Shown here in pieces: positions 1 to 9,700 of a DNA stretch of 64,000 bases (positions are counted from its first letter, which is position 1; the number at the start of each line of letters is the position of its first letter). Where the stretch lies: assembly GCA_050949525.1 (NCBI GenBank), contig JBMNFW010000001.1, positions 207,890-271,889 on the forward strand. The letters are read 5' to 3'. A model generated the notes under the pieces. That model did no database searches, was not told where the DNA came from, and saw nothing but the letters and a program-made list of their open reading frames with translations. Made by a program: the position numbers and the translations under genes. The stretch is from Patescibacteria group bacterium. Its GTDB lineage: Bacteria; Patescibacteriota; Patescibacteriia; Patescibacteriales; UBA12465.

Positions 1-1194
1 GTTGATACGGTTAAGGTTATGACCATTCATTCGGCTAAGGGTTTGGAGTTTAAATATGTTTTTTTAGTTAACTTAAATGAGCGACATTTTCCTTCAGATA
101 ATAGGGCGGATCGAATTTCGCTTCATCCTAGTTTAATTAAGGACAAATTTTCTGATGAAAAATCTTTTCATATTGAAGAGGAACGTCGATTATTTTATGT
201 TGCTTTAACTAGAGCTCGTGAAGCTTTGTTTTTGAGTAATTTCAAAGATCTTGGAGCTAAAAGAGAGAAGCGACCTTCAGCTTTTATTAAGGAAGCTGGT
301 ATAGAAATGATGGAAAGTTCTGAGATTAATTTTGCGGAGTTAGAGTTTTTAAAAGATTTAAAAATTTTGAATGAAAAACCGGAGGATAAAGAGGAAAATA
401 TTGATTATAAATTACCAAGTTATTTTTCGTTTTCTCAGTTGGCTGCTTTTAGTAGCTGTCCTTTACAGTATAAATATGCTCATATTTTAAAAGTACCATC
501 TTTTTTAGATAAACCTAGTATGACTTTTGGTCGATTAATTCATAATACTTTATATAATTTTCTTTTACCTCTTTTAGCTAATAATAATTTACAAGCTGAT
601 TTATTCTCTGATTTAAAAAGTGAAGAGGATATAAAAAAGAATTTAAGTTTTGATAATCTTTTGTTTTGGTATAATAAATTTTGGCAGGATGATGGTTATG
701 GAAGTCAGGAAAGGCGAGATGAATATCGAGCTCGGGGTTTAAGTATTATGAAAACCTTTCATCAAGATTTATTTAATAATCCTTGGCCTAATATTTATTT
801 TCTAGAAAAAGATTTTCGTTTTAAGTTTCAAGATTTTTTAATTAAGGGAAAGATTGATCGAGTTGATAAAATAGCTGATAATAGCTTTGAAATTATTGAT
901 TACAAAACTGGGGAATCTAAGAATAAATTAAAAACTGAGGATAAACGACAATTGATTTTGTATAAAGTGGTAGCAGAAGCTTCTTTTGGTATTAAGGTTG
1001 ATAAATTAAGTTATTATTATCTAGAAGATGGAAATAAATTAAGTTTTACGGCTCAGGAGAAAGATATTGAAAAAATGGAGAAATGGTTAATTGATAGTGT
1101 GGCTGAGATTAGAAAAAAACAATTTTTACCTAATCCAGGTGATTATTCTTGTGGTTTTTGTGATTTTAATACTATTTGTGAGTTTCGGCAGTAA
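1..1194 (+). CDS. UvrD/PcrA-family helicase C-terminal part fused to a Cas4/AddB-like PD-(D/E)xK nuclease domain with Fe-S Cys ligands (5' end outside window)
   Basis: Frame is open from base 1 (VDTVKV-MTIHSAKGLEF = helicase motif VI). C-terminal GKIDRVD...IIDYKTG nuclease motifs. One Cys in SSCPLQY plus C-x2-C-x5-C (CGFCDFNTIC). Confidence 0.75.
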   Translation, partial: VDTVKVMTIHSAKGLEFKYVFLVNLNERHFPSDNRADRISLHPSLIKDKFSDEKSFHIEEERRLFYVALTRAREALFLSNFKDLGAKREKRPSAFIKEAGIEMMESSEINFAELEFLKDLKILNEKPEDKEENIDYKLPSYFSFSQLAAFSSCPLQYKYAHILKVPSFLDKPSMTFGRLIHNTLYNFLLPLLANNNLQADLFSDLKSEEDIKKNLSFDNLLFWYNKFWQDDGYGSQERRDEYRARGLSIMKTFHQDLFNNPWPNIYFLEKDFRFKFQDFLIKGKIDRVDKIADNSFEIIDYKTGESKNKLKTEDKRQLILYKVVAEASFGIKVDKLSYYYLEDGNKLSFTAQEKDIEKMEKWLIDSVAEIRKKQFLPNPGDYSCGFCDFNTICEFRQ

Positions 1195-1196
1195 TT

Positions 1197-1225
1197 TTGA
1201 CTAACAGTTCAGTTTTTGTTAAACT
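1197..1225 (+). promoter_or_regulatory. Candidate sigma70-type promoter for ruvB (TTGACT-17 nt-TGtTAAACT)
   Basis: TTGACT at 1197-1202, 17-nt spacer, TG-extended TAAACT at 1220-1225. The -10 ends 8 nt before the ruvB ATG (1234). Confidence 0.4.
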
Positions 1226-1233
1226 AAAAGCCT

Positions 1234-2229
1234 ATGAGTACTAAAGATAGAATTATTAGTCCGAGCGAAGTTAATAATGATCGAGCTTTTGATTTAAGTT
1301 TACGACCTAAGTTTTTTTCTGAATATATTGGTCAAGAAAGTGTTAAGACTAATCTAAATATTACTATTAAAGCGGCTTTAAAACGACAGGAGACGATTGA
1401 TCATGTGCTTTTTTATGGAGCTCCGGGTTTGGGAAAGACAACCCTGGCTCATGTTTTAGCTAATGAATTAAAGGCTAATATTAAAATTACTTCTGGTCCG
1501 GCTATTGAAAAGAGTGGTGATTTAGCTGCTATTTTAACCAATTTAGGTGAGGGGGATGTATTGTTTATTGATGAAATTCATCGTCTTAATCGAAGCATCG
1601 AAGAAATATTATATCCAGCTATGGAGGATTATGCTTTGGATTTAATAATGGGAAAGGGTCCTGGGGCTCGAATTTTACGTTTAGATTTACCTCGATTTAC
1701 TATTATTGGAGCTACTACTAAAGCTAGCTTATTATCAGCTCCGTTACGGGATCGTTTTGGTATTATTCACCATCTTGATTTTTATGAACCTGAAGATTTG
1801 GAGAAGATTATTAAACGAAGTGCTGGAATTTTACAAGTGGAGATAGAGGAGAAGGCTATGTCTTTAATCGCGGAACGATCTCGACGGACTCCGCGTATTG
1901 CTAATCGATTATTAAAACGAGTTCGTGATTTTTCGGAAGTTGAGGGTAATGGCTCTATTGATGCTAAGATTTGTCTTCAGGCCCTTGAAGTTTTAAAGGT
2001 TGATAAATTTGGTTTAGATTATGTTGATCGTAAAATATTAAGAACTATTATTGATAAATTTTCTGGGGGACCAGTAGGTTTAAATACTTTAGCGGCTGCT
2101 ACCGGAGAAGATACGGCCACTATTGAGGATGTTTATGAGCCTTATTTAATGCAAATTGGTTTTCTAGATAGATCACCTCGAGGTCGGATAGTAACTCATC
2201 GAGCTATTGAGCATTTAAAAGAAGATTAG
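1234..2229 (+). CDS. ruvB: Holliday junction branch migration ATPase RuvB
   Basis: Walker [10 protein letters not shown], Walker [11 protein letters not shown], sensor and winged-helix C-terminus colinear with the RuvB family. Confidence 0.95.
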   Translation: MSTKDRIISPSEVNNDRAFDLSLRPKFFSEYIGQESVKTNLNITIKAALKRQETIDHVLFYGAPGLGKTTLAHVLANELKANIKITSGPAIEKSGDLAAILTNLGEGDVLFIDEIHRLNRSIEEILYPAMEDYALDLIMGKGPGARILRLDLPRFTIIGATTKASLLSAPLRDRFGIIHHLDFYEPEDLEKIIKRSAGILQVEIEEKAMSLIAERSRRTPRIANRLLKRVRDFSEVEGNGSIDAKICLQALEVLKVDKFGLDYVDRKILRTIIDKFSGGPVGLNTLAAATGEDTATIEDVYEPYLMQIGFLDRSPRGRIVTHRAIEHLKED

Positions 2230-2232
2230 TTT

Positions 2233-3300
2233 ATGAATTTATCTGATTTTGATTATGATCTGCCACGGCATTTAATAGCTCAAAAGCCACTTAGAAAGCG
2301 AGAGCAATCTCGTCTTTTAGTTTATAATCGAGCTAATAAAGATATTAGTCATTGTCATTTTTTTAACCTAATTGATTACCTAAAAGCTGGTGATCTTCTT
2401 TTTTTAAATAATTCTAAAGTTTTTCCAGCTCGAATTAAAACTTTTAAAGATAGTGGTGGAAAATTAGAGATTTTTTTATTAAAAAACATTGATCAAAAAA
2501 ATAATATTTGGCAAAGTCTGATTGGTGGTCGGATTAGAGTTGGGCAGGAGTTGTCTATTAACGAAAATTTGAAGGTTAAAATTTTATCTCAATCAGAAAA
2601 CTTATGGACCATATCTTTTAGTCAGCCTTATAATGTATTTATAGGAAAATTAGATGAGTTAGGGGAAACTCCTTTACCTCCTTATATTAAAAGGAGTAAA
2701 AAAGATTTGCGAGATAAAGAATCATATCAAACAGTTTATGCTCGAGCTGATAAATTAGGTTCAGTAGCAGCTCCAACTGCTGGTCTTCATTTTACTCCTG
2801 AATTGTTAGATAGAATAAAAGCGAAGGGAGTAGAAGTGGTGAGTGGAAGTTTACATGTTGGCTTGGGCACTTTTGCTCCGATTAAAGTTGATAAAATTGA
2901 GAATCATATAATGCATAGTGAAGAAGTAGAATTGAGTCAGGAAGTAATTAATGCTGTTGTTAAGGCTAAAAATGAAGATCGTCGTATTATAGCTGTTGGC
3001 ACTACCTCAGTTCGAATTTTAGAGAGCTTGGGCTCTTATTTAAAAATTGATGAATCTAGTGGGAGATATTTAGAATTTAAAGAACCTGAGCTTAAATTTT
3101 CTACTGATATTTTTATTTATCCTCCTTATGATTTTAGAATGGTATCAGCTTTGATTAGTAATTTTCATTTACCTAAATCTAGTTTATTAGTTCTACTTAG
3201 TGCTTTAATAGGTTTGGGGGAATTGAAGAAAATTTATCAAATAGCTATTTCAGAGCAGTATCGATTTTTTTCTTATGGCGACGCTCTTCTGGTGATTTGA
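2233..3300 (+). CDS. queA: S-adenosylmethionine:tRNA ribosyltransferase-isomerase QueA
   Basis: N-terminal DFDYDLP..LIAQ.P, PLPPYIKR, AAPTAGLHFT and GTTSVR motifs typical of QueA. Ends with TGA. Confidence 0.9.
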   Translation: MNLSDFDYDLPRHLIAQKPLRKREQSRLLVYNRANKDISHCHFFNLIDYLKAGDLLFLNNSKVFPARIKTFKDSGGKLEIFLLKNIDQKNNIWQSLIGGRIRVGQELSINENLKVKILSQSENLWTISFSQPYNVFIGKLDELGETPLPPYIKRSKKDLRDKESYQTVYARADKLGSVAAPTAGLHFTPELLDRIKAKGVEVVSGSLHVGLGTFAPIKVDKIENHIMHSEEVELSQEVINAVVKAKNEDRRIIAVGTTSVRILESLGSYLKIDESSGRYLEFKEPELKFSTDIFIYPPYDFRMVSALISNFHLPKSSLLVLLSALIGLGELKKIYQIAISEQYRFFSYGDALLVI

Positions 3301-3359
3301 TTTTTCCTTTATTTTTTGCTATTTTCTTAATAGCTTTATAATATATAATTTACTACTTT

Positions 3360-3923
3360 ATGTTGAGAAATTTTTTGGAGTTTATTAAAATTGTTATTAT
3401 TTCTTTATTAATAATTTTACCGATTCGCTATTTTATTATTCAACCTTTTTATGTTAAGGGAGCTTCGATGGAGCCCAGTTTTCATGATCATGAATATTTA
3501 ATTATTGATGAAATTTCTTATCGCTTTCGAAGTCCGAATCGGGGAGAGGTGGTTGTTTTTCGATATCCGGAAAATCCGCAAGAATATTTTATTAAAAGAA
3601 TTGTAGCCTTACCTGGTGAGAAAATTGAGATTATTGATGGTAACGTTTTTATTTTTAATCGAGAGCATCCGGATGGATTTAAATTGAATGAAACATCTTA
3701 TTTATCAGATAATATCAAGACTTATAATGTGGAAGATGGTCCAGTGGAGTTAATGGATAATCAGTATTTTGTTTTAGGAGATAATCGTTATGCCTCTAAA
3801 GATTCTCGTAGTTTTGGTCCCTTAGATCGGAGTTTTATAATCGGTAAGGTTTTACTTCGAGGTTGGCCTTTTAGTCGCTTTACTACTTTTAGTTATGGCG
3901 ATGTTTATAATACTATTAATTAA
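3360..3923 (+). CDS. lepB: Signal peptidase I (S26)
   Basis: N-terminal TM helix, GASMEPS (Ser nucleophile), KRIVALPGE (Lys), GDNRYASKDSR box. Confidence 0.9.
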   Translation: MLRNFLEFIKIVIISLLIILPIRYFIIQPFYVKGASMEPSFHDHEYLIIDEISYRFRSPNRGEVVVFRYPENPQEYFIKRIVALPGEKIEIIDGNVFIFNREHPDGFKLNETSYLSDNIKTYNVEDGPVELMDNQYFVLGDNRYASKDSRSFGPLDRSFIIGKVLLRGWPFSRFTTFSYGDVYNTIN

Positions 3924-3929
3924 TTATTT

Positions 3930-5279
3930 ATGGAGAGAAAAAAAACCACTGCTCCTAGTAAAAAGGTAGCAAAAAAACCTAAATCTTCCAGTAAAGTCAT
4001 TTCTTATCCATTGGGGATGAAGGATGTTTTAGCTAATGATTATAAATTTTTAGATCCGGTTTTAAAAAAGATTGATGAAACAGCGCGAAATTATAGTTTT
4101 ACTAAGATTAACACTCCAATTTTCGAGGATTTGGCTTTATATCGAAAATTTTTTGATAAAGATAGATTAAAAAGTCTTTTTGTGTCAGAAGTTTCTACTA
4201 CTGAAAAATTAGCTTTACGTTTTGATTTGATTCATGGTTTAATTCGATCTTTAGAGCAACATTCTGTTTTTAATAATTTAGAAAAACCATTAAAATTTTT
4301 TTCTGTTGGACCAGTTTTTCGTCAAGAGAAAATTCGCAGCGGAACCTATCGCCAGTTTAATCAATTTAATTTTAGTATTGTTAATGATCCTAAGCCAGTA
4401 AGTGATGCTTTTCTAATTTATTTAGTTTATAATATTTTCAAAGAACTTCAAATTGATGTTCAGATTCAAGTTAATACTTTAGGAGATGATGCTTGTCAGA
4501 AAGATTTTCTAAATCATTTTTCTCGTTTTCTAAAAGAGAGAGGCCAGAAAACTAAACTTTGTAATGAGTGTAAAAAGAATTTATTAAAAAATCCAAAATT
4601 AATTTTGGAGTGTAATGAAAAGTCTTGTTTAGAACTTCGAAGCGAAGCTCCTCAGATTGTTGATTTCTTATCTGAAGAAAGTCATAGTCGTTTTTATAAA
4701 ACCATTGAATTTTTAGATGAATTAGAAGTTAATTATAATTTTAATCCTTCCTTAATTAAAGATTTGTCATATTATAATGATTTAATTTTTGAAGTTTGGC
4801 CTTTTGATAAAAATGGAAAAACTAACCCTTATTTAGCTTTAGGTAGAGGGGGGCATTATGATAAGGCCTTGAGTAAGGTTAGTGGAAAAAATATTTCTTT
4901 CTTGGGTTTTAGTGGTGGTTTAGAAAGAACTTTAATTAAAACCCGAGAGAATAATTTATTCATTGATGATAGTAAGGATATTATATTTTTAGCTCAATTA
5001 GATGTGAGTGCTAAGGCTAAATCCATGTTCTTATTTAAAGAACTTTTGAGTAAGGGTTATAACGTTAGACAGGCTTTTCATCTTGATGCCTTAAAAGCTC
5101 AATTAGAGGAAGCTAAAAGTCATAAGGCTAAAATAATTTTAATATTAGGTAAGAAAGAGTTAAGTGAAGAAACTATTTTATTCCGGGATACTGAATCGGG
5201 GGTACAGGAAATTATTGCGCAAAAAGATTTAATTTCTCGTTTAGAAAAATTTTTAAGTCAGGAGGGGAGCTTGAAATAA
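3930..5279 (+). CDS. hisS: Histidyl-tRNA synthetase with Lys-rich N-terminal extension
   Basis: GMKDVL N-terminal motif, class II motif 2 FRQEKIRSGTYRQFNQF, Cys-containing insertion (CNECKKNLLKNPKLILEC), C-terminal anticodon-binding domain. Confidence 0.85.
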   Translation: MERKKTTAPSKKVAKKPKSSSKVISYPLGMKDVLANDYKFLDPVLKKIDETARNYSFTKINTPIFEDLALYRKFFDKDRLKSLFVSEVSTTEKLALRFDLIHGLIRSLEQHSVFNNLEKPLKFFSVGPVFRQEKIRSGTYRQFNQFNFSIVNDPKPVSDAFLIYLVYNIFKELQIDVQIQVNTLGDDACQKDFLNHFSRFLKERGQKTKLCNECKKNLLKNPKLILECNEKSCLELRSEAPQIVDFLSEESHSRFYKTIEFLDELEVNYNFNPSLIKDLSYYNDLIFEVWPFDKNGKTNPYLALGRGGHYDKALSKVSGKNISFLGFSGGLERTLIKTRENNLFIDDSKDIIFLAQLDVSAKAKSMFLFKELLSKGYNVRQAFHLDALKAQLEEAKSHKAKIILILGKKELSEETILFRDTESGVQEIIAQKDLISRLEKFLSQEGSLK

Positions 5280-5338
5280 AAAAATATTGTGTTATATTAT
5301 AATATATTAAAATTAATAAACTAGAAAGGTGGTTATTT

Positions 5339-5566
5339 ATGGCTGATCTAAAAAGAAAAAAGGGTGAAAGTTTTGAGTCATTTCTTCGTCGTTTTCGAAG
5401 TAGTTTAAAGAATAATAAGAGATTAGAGACTTTTAGAAGTAAAAGAGCTTTTACTAAAGATAAAACCAAAACTCAGTTAAAGAATTCAGCTTTAGCTAGA
5501 ATTAAATTGGGAAAAAAGTTTGAATATCTAAGAAAAACTGGAAAAATTACAGATAATAGAAGATAG
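5339..5566 (+). CDS. rpsU: 30S ribosomal protein S21
   Basis: 75 aa, basic. ESFESFLRRFRSSLKNNKRLETFRSKRAFTK matches the S21 E-x-ALRRFK-type core. GGTGG Shine-Dalgarno 8 nt upstream. Confidence 0.75.
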   Translation: MADLKRKKGESFESFLRRFRSSLKNNKRLETFRSKRAFTKDKTKTQLKNSALARIKLGKKFEYLRKTGKITDNRR

Positions 5567-5582
5567 ATTTTGAATATAATAT

Positions 5583-5611
5583 AAAAGAAGGAGGTTGAAC
5601 CTCCTTCTTTT
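5583..5611. terminator. Bidirectional rho-independent terminator between rpsU (+) and rel (-)
   Basis: Perfect 12-bp stem AAAAGAAGGAGG / CCTCCTTCTTTT with loop TTGAA. A- and T-runs on both sides. Confidence 0.8.
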
Positions 5612-7064
5612 ATTTATGAAACATTTTCTTTATTTTATCCATGGTTTTATTTTTGGAGTATTGTTTTATTCTTTCACGAGCATGTCTTGTTTTAGCGAAA
5701 TTAAGCCATTGACTATTAGGTCCTTTACGGTTTCTGTCAGTAATTATTTCTACTAAATCACCATTTTTTAATTCGGTATCTAGGCTTGATATTTTTTTAT
5801 TAATTAGAGCTTGGGTGGCCTTATTACCAATATCAGTATGAATAGCATAAGCGAAGTCTATAGGGGTTGATCGGTCGGGCAACTCAATAACATCACCTTT
5901 AGGGGAGAAAACAAATATACGATTTTGAAAAATATTGGCGGTAATCTCATTAACAAATTCTTTTGTTTCTTGGTTTTCTTTTTGAATTTCTAATATATCT
6001 TTAATCCAACCCGGTTTTTCACTTTTTTCCATATCTCCCTTATAGTTCCAATGAGTTTGTAATCCATATAATGATTCTTGATGCATCTCTTCTGTTCTGA
6101 TTTGAAATTCCGTAGCTTTATTATCAATGCCTATTATAGTGGTATGAAGACTACGATATCCATTGGGTTTAGGAACTGCAATATAGTCTTTAAAGCGATG
6201 TGGGATTGGTTTCCAAATAGCATGAATTACTCCTAGAACTTTATAGCAATCCTCAATATTTTTGACTACTACTCTTAAGGCGAAAACATCATAAATCTCA
6301 TCAAATTTTCTGTCTTTGCGCTGCATTTTTTGCCAAATACTATAAAGGTGTTTAAAGCGGGCTGTAATTTCGTATTTTTCAATTTTAGTTTTTTTAAGTT
6401 CTTCTTCTAGCTTATCTTTAGTTCTTTGAAAAAATTGATTTCTTTCTGATTTTTTTTCAATTTCATATTTATATTCTATTTTTTTAAATTCTTTTGGATA
6501 AAGATATTTAAAGCAAATATCTTCCATTTGCCATTTAAGTCGCCAAATACCTAGAAGGCCAGCAATTGGAGCATATATTTCTAAGGTTTCTTTTGCGATT
6601 CTTTGTTGTTTATTTTCCGGTAAAGCATCTAGGGTTCTGAGATTATGTAAGCGATCACAGAATTTTATGTAAATAATTCTAATATCTCCAACCATGGCTA
6701 AAAACATTTTTCGAAGATTTTCTCGGTATCTTTCAATGCCACGATATTTTATTTTCCCCAACTTAGTAATACCCTCAACCAAAGAGGCGACATCGGCTCC
6801 AAAATTTTCTCTAATATCTTCAATAGTATAATTAGTGTCCTCAGGAACATCATGAAGTATCCCAGCTAAGATAGTACTAAGATCAGCCCTGATTTGTACT
6901 AAGTTATAAGCGGTGTGTAGGGGGTGTTGAATATATGGTTCACCACTTTTTCTGGTTTGTTCTTGATGAGCTCGGTCAGCAAATTGATAAGCTTTCATTA
7001 TTAAATCAGTGTTTATATTGGGATTTATTTCTTGAGCTTTTTTAATAAGCTTTTCAATGGTCAT
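5610..7064 (-). CDS. rel: RelA/SpoT-homologue (p)ppGpp synthetase/hydrolase, short form (HD-SYNTH-TGS only)
   Basis: HD motif ILHDVPEDT, RelA_SpoT synthetase core (YRSLHTTI, EFQIRT), TGS domain (IFVFSPKGDVIELP..GDLVEIIT). The protein ends about 60 aa after TGS. Confidence 0.85.
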   Translation of the reverse strand: MTIEKLIKKAQEINPNINTDLIMKAYQFADRAHQEQTRKSGEPYIQHPLHTAYNLVQIRADLSTILAGILHDVPEDTNYTIEDIRENFGADVASLVEGITKLGKIKYRGIERYRENLRKMFLAMVGDIRIIYIKFCDRLHNLRTLDALPENKQQRIAKETLEIYAPIAGLLGIWRLKWQMEDICFKYLYPKEFKKIEYKYEIEKKSERNQFFQRTKDKLEEELKKTKIEKYEITARFKHLYSIWQKMQRKDRKFDEIYDVFALRVVVKNIEDCYKVLGVIHAIWKPIPHRFKDYIAVPKPNGYRSLHTTIIGIDNKATEFQIRTEEMHQESLYGLQTHWNYKGDMEKSEKPGWIKDILEIQKENQETKEFVNEITANIFQNRIFVFSPKGDVIELPDRSTPIDFAYAIHTDIGNKATQALINKKISSLDTELKNGDLVEIITDRNRKGPNSQWLNFAKTRHARERIKQYSKNKTMDKIKKMFHK

Positions 7065-7144
7065 AGGTTTATTTATTTTAGACTTTATGATATAATAATA
7101 ATATAAAAAAAATAAATTAGCAATTTATAAATAAGTTATTTTTT

Positions 7145-9700
7145 ATGTTTAAGAGTAAAAAAATATTTCTTTTATTCTCTTTATTTTTCTTGTTTTCTAG
7201 CTTCTTGATAGTGAAAGGAGCTTTGGCCAATAATGTTGATGCCACTTTTGGTATTGATTATGTCGAGGGAAATGTTACTGGTATGAATCCGGAAACTGAT
7301 GGTATTAAATTAAGTAGCGCTGATCCTCGAACAGTCGCTGTCAAGATTATTAATGTTTTTTTAGGTTTATTGGGAATAATAGCCGTTAGTCTCATTATTT
7401 ATGGTGGCTTTATTTGGATGACCTCTGGTGGAAATGAAGAAAAAGTCACACAAGCTAGGAGAATTTTACGCAATGCGACTATTGGTTTAGCTATTATTTT
7501 AGCTTCTTGGGGCATTGTATCATTAATCTTTAGAAAAATGGCCGATACTGGATCTATGGGTTCTCCTCAACCTTCGGCTGGATCAATTAGTGCTGGTTTA
7601 GGAGCTATGGGTAATTGCTCTTTAGAAAGTGTTTATCCAGAGCCAGGACAAAAAGCTGTACCTCGTAATACTATGATCGTAGTTAATTTTAAAGAAGCTG
7701 TTAGTTCTAGTACTATTAATAATGAGACAGTTACTATTTGTCCTAAAGATAAATTTAATGATCAGAATAAAGAATGTTCTGAATTGCTGGACTTTAATGT
7801 AAGTACTAATGATGATAAAATTTTTGTTTTATCTCCTGATTCCTATTTAGGTAATGAAAACGGATTTTCTGATTATGTTGTTTATTTAAGCTCTAATATT
7901 TTAAAACTAGATGAGAATGTCAGTATTTTTTCTACCTGTTCTAAAGATAGTTTTTGGTGGGAGTTTGAAGTTAGTAATATTTTAGATTTAACTCCACCGA
8001 AAATTGAAAGTATTTTTCCTCAAGCTGATAATGAGGCTGATACTAGTAATATTGAAGCCCAATTAGCCTTCGCTGTTGCTAAGATTGGGGTTATTAATCA
8101 ACCTCAAGTTTATCAAGCGGCTCAGGTTTTATCTAATAATCCTGGTTCTGGTACTACTGCTACTACTACTATAAATTTAGGGTCAAATTATAATGGTCAA
8201 TACAGTAAATTTAAAATAGTGGTATCACATGCGGATGTTGATATGGATCCTCCTATTAGAGTTCAGTTAAGTGGAGTAAATAGTAATAATACTCTAAGTT
8301 TAATTGGATCTTTTGATTCAGTTGGTGATCAGATTAATTTTCCTGGATTCTTTTCTTTAAAATTTAATTCTATGCCAGTGGCTGGTAATTATTGGAATAT
8401 TGAAGTACAGAAAAAAGTTTCAGCTGATACTATTAAGGTAGGCCCTTATCTTTATACTTTTGTTGATGATGAGACTAGTGGTTATAACATTAAGTCTAGT
8501 AGTAATTATTCAGAAGTAGCTGAACAAATTCAAATCGCCCTAAGTTCTCATCCTAGTGTTAATGCTGAAGCTAATACTGCTTTTGTTAATTTAACCGCTA
8601 AAGTTGGGGGGGTAAGCGGTAATAATATTCATTTATCATCTTCCAATCCTGATATCATTAGTATTACCCCTTTTACTGGTGGTTCAGATTTTGTTGAAAC
8701 TATTCAAATAAAGGATAAAAAAGATAAACCAATGAATACCGTAATTCAAATTAATTTTAATGAAGCTGTTAATCCGGCTATGATAGTTGGTGAAAGTCAT
8801 GAGGTGGAGGATAAAATTAGGGTGGTGGATGTAGATAGTGGAGATTATATCGAAGGTTCATTTTCTATTTCATCTAATTTTAAAACTGTCGAGTTTAAAT
8901 CTAGTAATAAGTGTGGTGTAAATGGTTGTGGTGAAGATATTTTCTGTTTACCTCCTTTATCTAATATTAAAGTCGAATTAATAGCTGCTGGATTATATAA
9001 TTGTAACGATAATATTGATTGTAGTAATAAAGCTCCGTTTTCTACTTGTTCTAATAATTTTTGTGTTAATGCGGATAATAAGCGTTACCCATTATCAAAT
9101 CTTAATCAACCGGGAGTGATGGATATGGCGGCTAACTCTTTTGATGGTAACTCGGATGGTTATGCTTATGGACCAGCTACTTTTTATAACAAGAATGAAC
9201 CTCATGATCCTAATACCGGAGATAATTTTAAATGGTTTTTTTGGACTAATAATAAAATAGAGACTGCTCCACCAGAAATTGAATCTGTTAAGCCTAGGGT
9301 GGGAGAAACTGGTGCTAATATTTTTGAACCGATAGTTATTGATTTCAATAAATTAATGATGGCTAGTACTTTAAGAACTGGTCAAACTATTATTGGTAAT
9401 AAAACCCATCACTTAATTACACTTTCTGGTAACCAGTTAGTTGGTTATTGGATTTCTGCTGAAAATAAAGATGTTTCACCAATAGATGGGGAGCCTGATA
9501 AAACCACTGCCTATATTAATCATGATAGATTTTTTGAGTTAAGCAATTATACTAGTCAGGTGGGCTCTGGGGTTCGAGATATTTATCAGAATTGCTTTAA
9601 GCCTAGCGCTGGTCCTGGTTCTGATGAAAATACTTTTTGTACACCAACAGCCATAGAACCATTCTGTTGTAATGGGGTTGTTTCTAGTTCTTGCGAATAG
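7145..9700 (+). CDS. Large secreted/anchored Cys-rich surface protein with N-terminal VirB2/TrbC-pilin-like two-helix module and Ig-like (SbsA/Big_5-type) repeats
   Basis: Signal peptide, two hydrophobic helices around a basic loop (…IIYGGFIWMTSGGNEEKVTQARRILRNATIGLAIILASWGIV…), repeated P..G..V..N..I.V.F.EAV segments, Cys-dense C-terminal blocks. Confidence 0.6.
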   Translation: MFKSKKIFLLFSLFFLFSSFLIVKGALANNVDATFGIDYVEGNVTGMNPETDGIKLSSADPRTVAVKIINVFLGLLGIIAVSLIIYGGFIWMTSGGNEEKVTQARRILRNATIGLAIILASWGIVSLIFRKMADTGSMGSPQPSAGSISAGLGAMGNCSLESVYPEPGQKAVPRNTMIVVNFKEAVSSSTINNETVTICPKDKFNDQNKECSELLDFNVSTNDDKIFVLSPDSYLGNENGFSDYVVYLSSNILKLDENVSIFSTCSKDSFWWEFEVSNILDLTPPKIESIFPQADNEADTSNIEAQLAFAVAKIGVINQPQVYQAAQVLSNNPGSGTTATTTINLGSNYNGQYSKFKIVVSHADVDMDPPIRVQLSGVNSNNTLSLIGSFDSVGDQINFPGFFSLKFNSMPVAGNYWNIEVQKKVSADTIKVGPYLYTFVDDETSGYNIKSSSNYSEVAEQIQIALSSHPSVNAEANTAFVNLTAKVGGVSGNNIHLSSSNPDIISITPFTGGSDFVETIQIKDKKDKPMNTVIQINFNEAVNPAMIVGESHEVEDKIRVVDVDSGDYIEGSFSISSNFKTVEFKSSNKCGVNGCGEDIFCLPPLSNIKVELIAAGLYNCNDNIDCSNKAPFSTCSNNFCVNADNKRYPLSNLNQPGVMDMAANSFDGNSDGYAYGPATFYNKNEPHDPNTGDNFKWFFWTNNKIETAPPEIESVKPRVGETGANIFEPIVIDFNKLMMASTLRTGQTIIGNKTHHLITLSGNQLVGYWISAENKDVSPIDGEPDKTTAYINHDRFFELSNYTSQVGSGVRDIYQNCFKPSAGPGSDENTFCTPTAIEPFCCNGVVSSSCE

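Noticed and set aside
5212-5469. 85-aa minus-strand ORF overlapping the hisS 3' end and rpsU.
   Set aside because: It lies antisense to two well-supported genes. Its low-complexity Leu/Ser/Lys-rich translation is typical of shadow ORFs in AT-rich DNA, and no motif was found.
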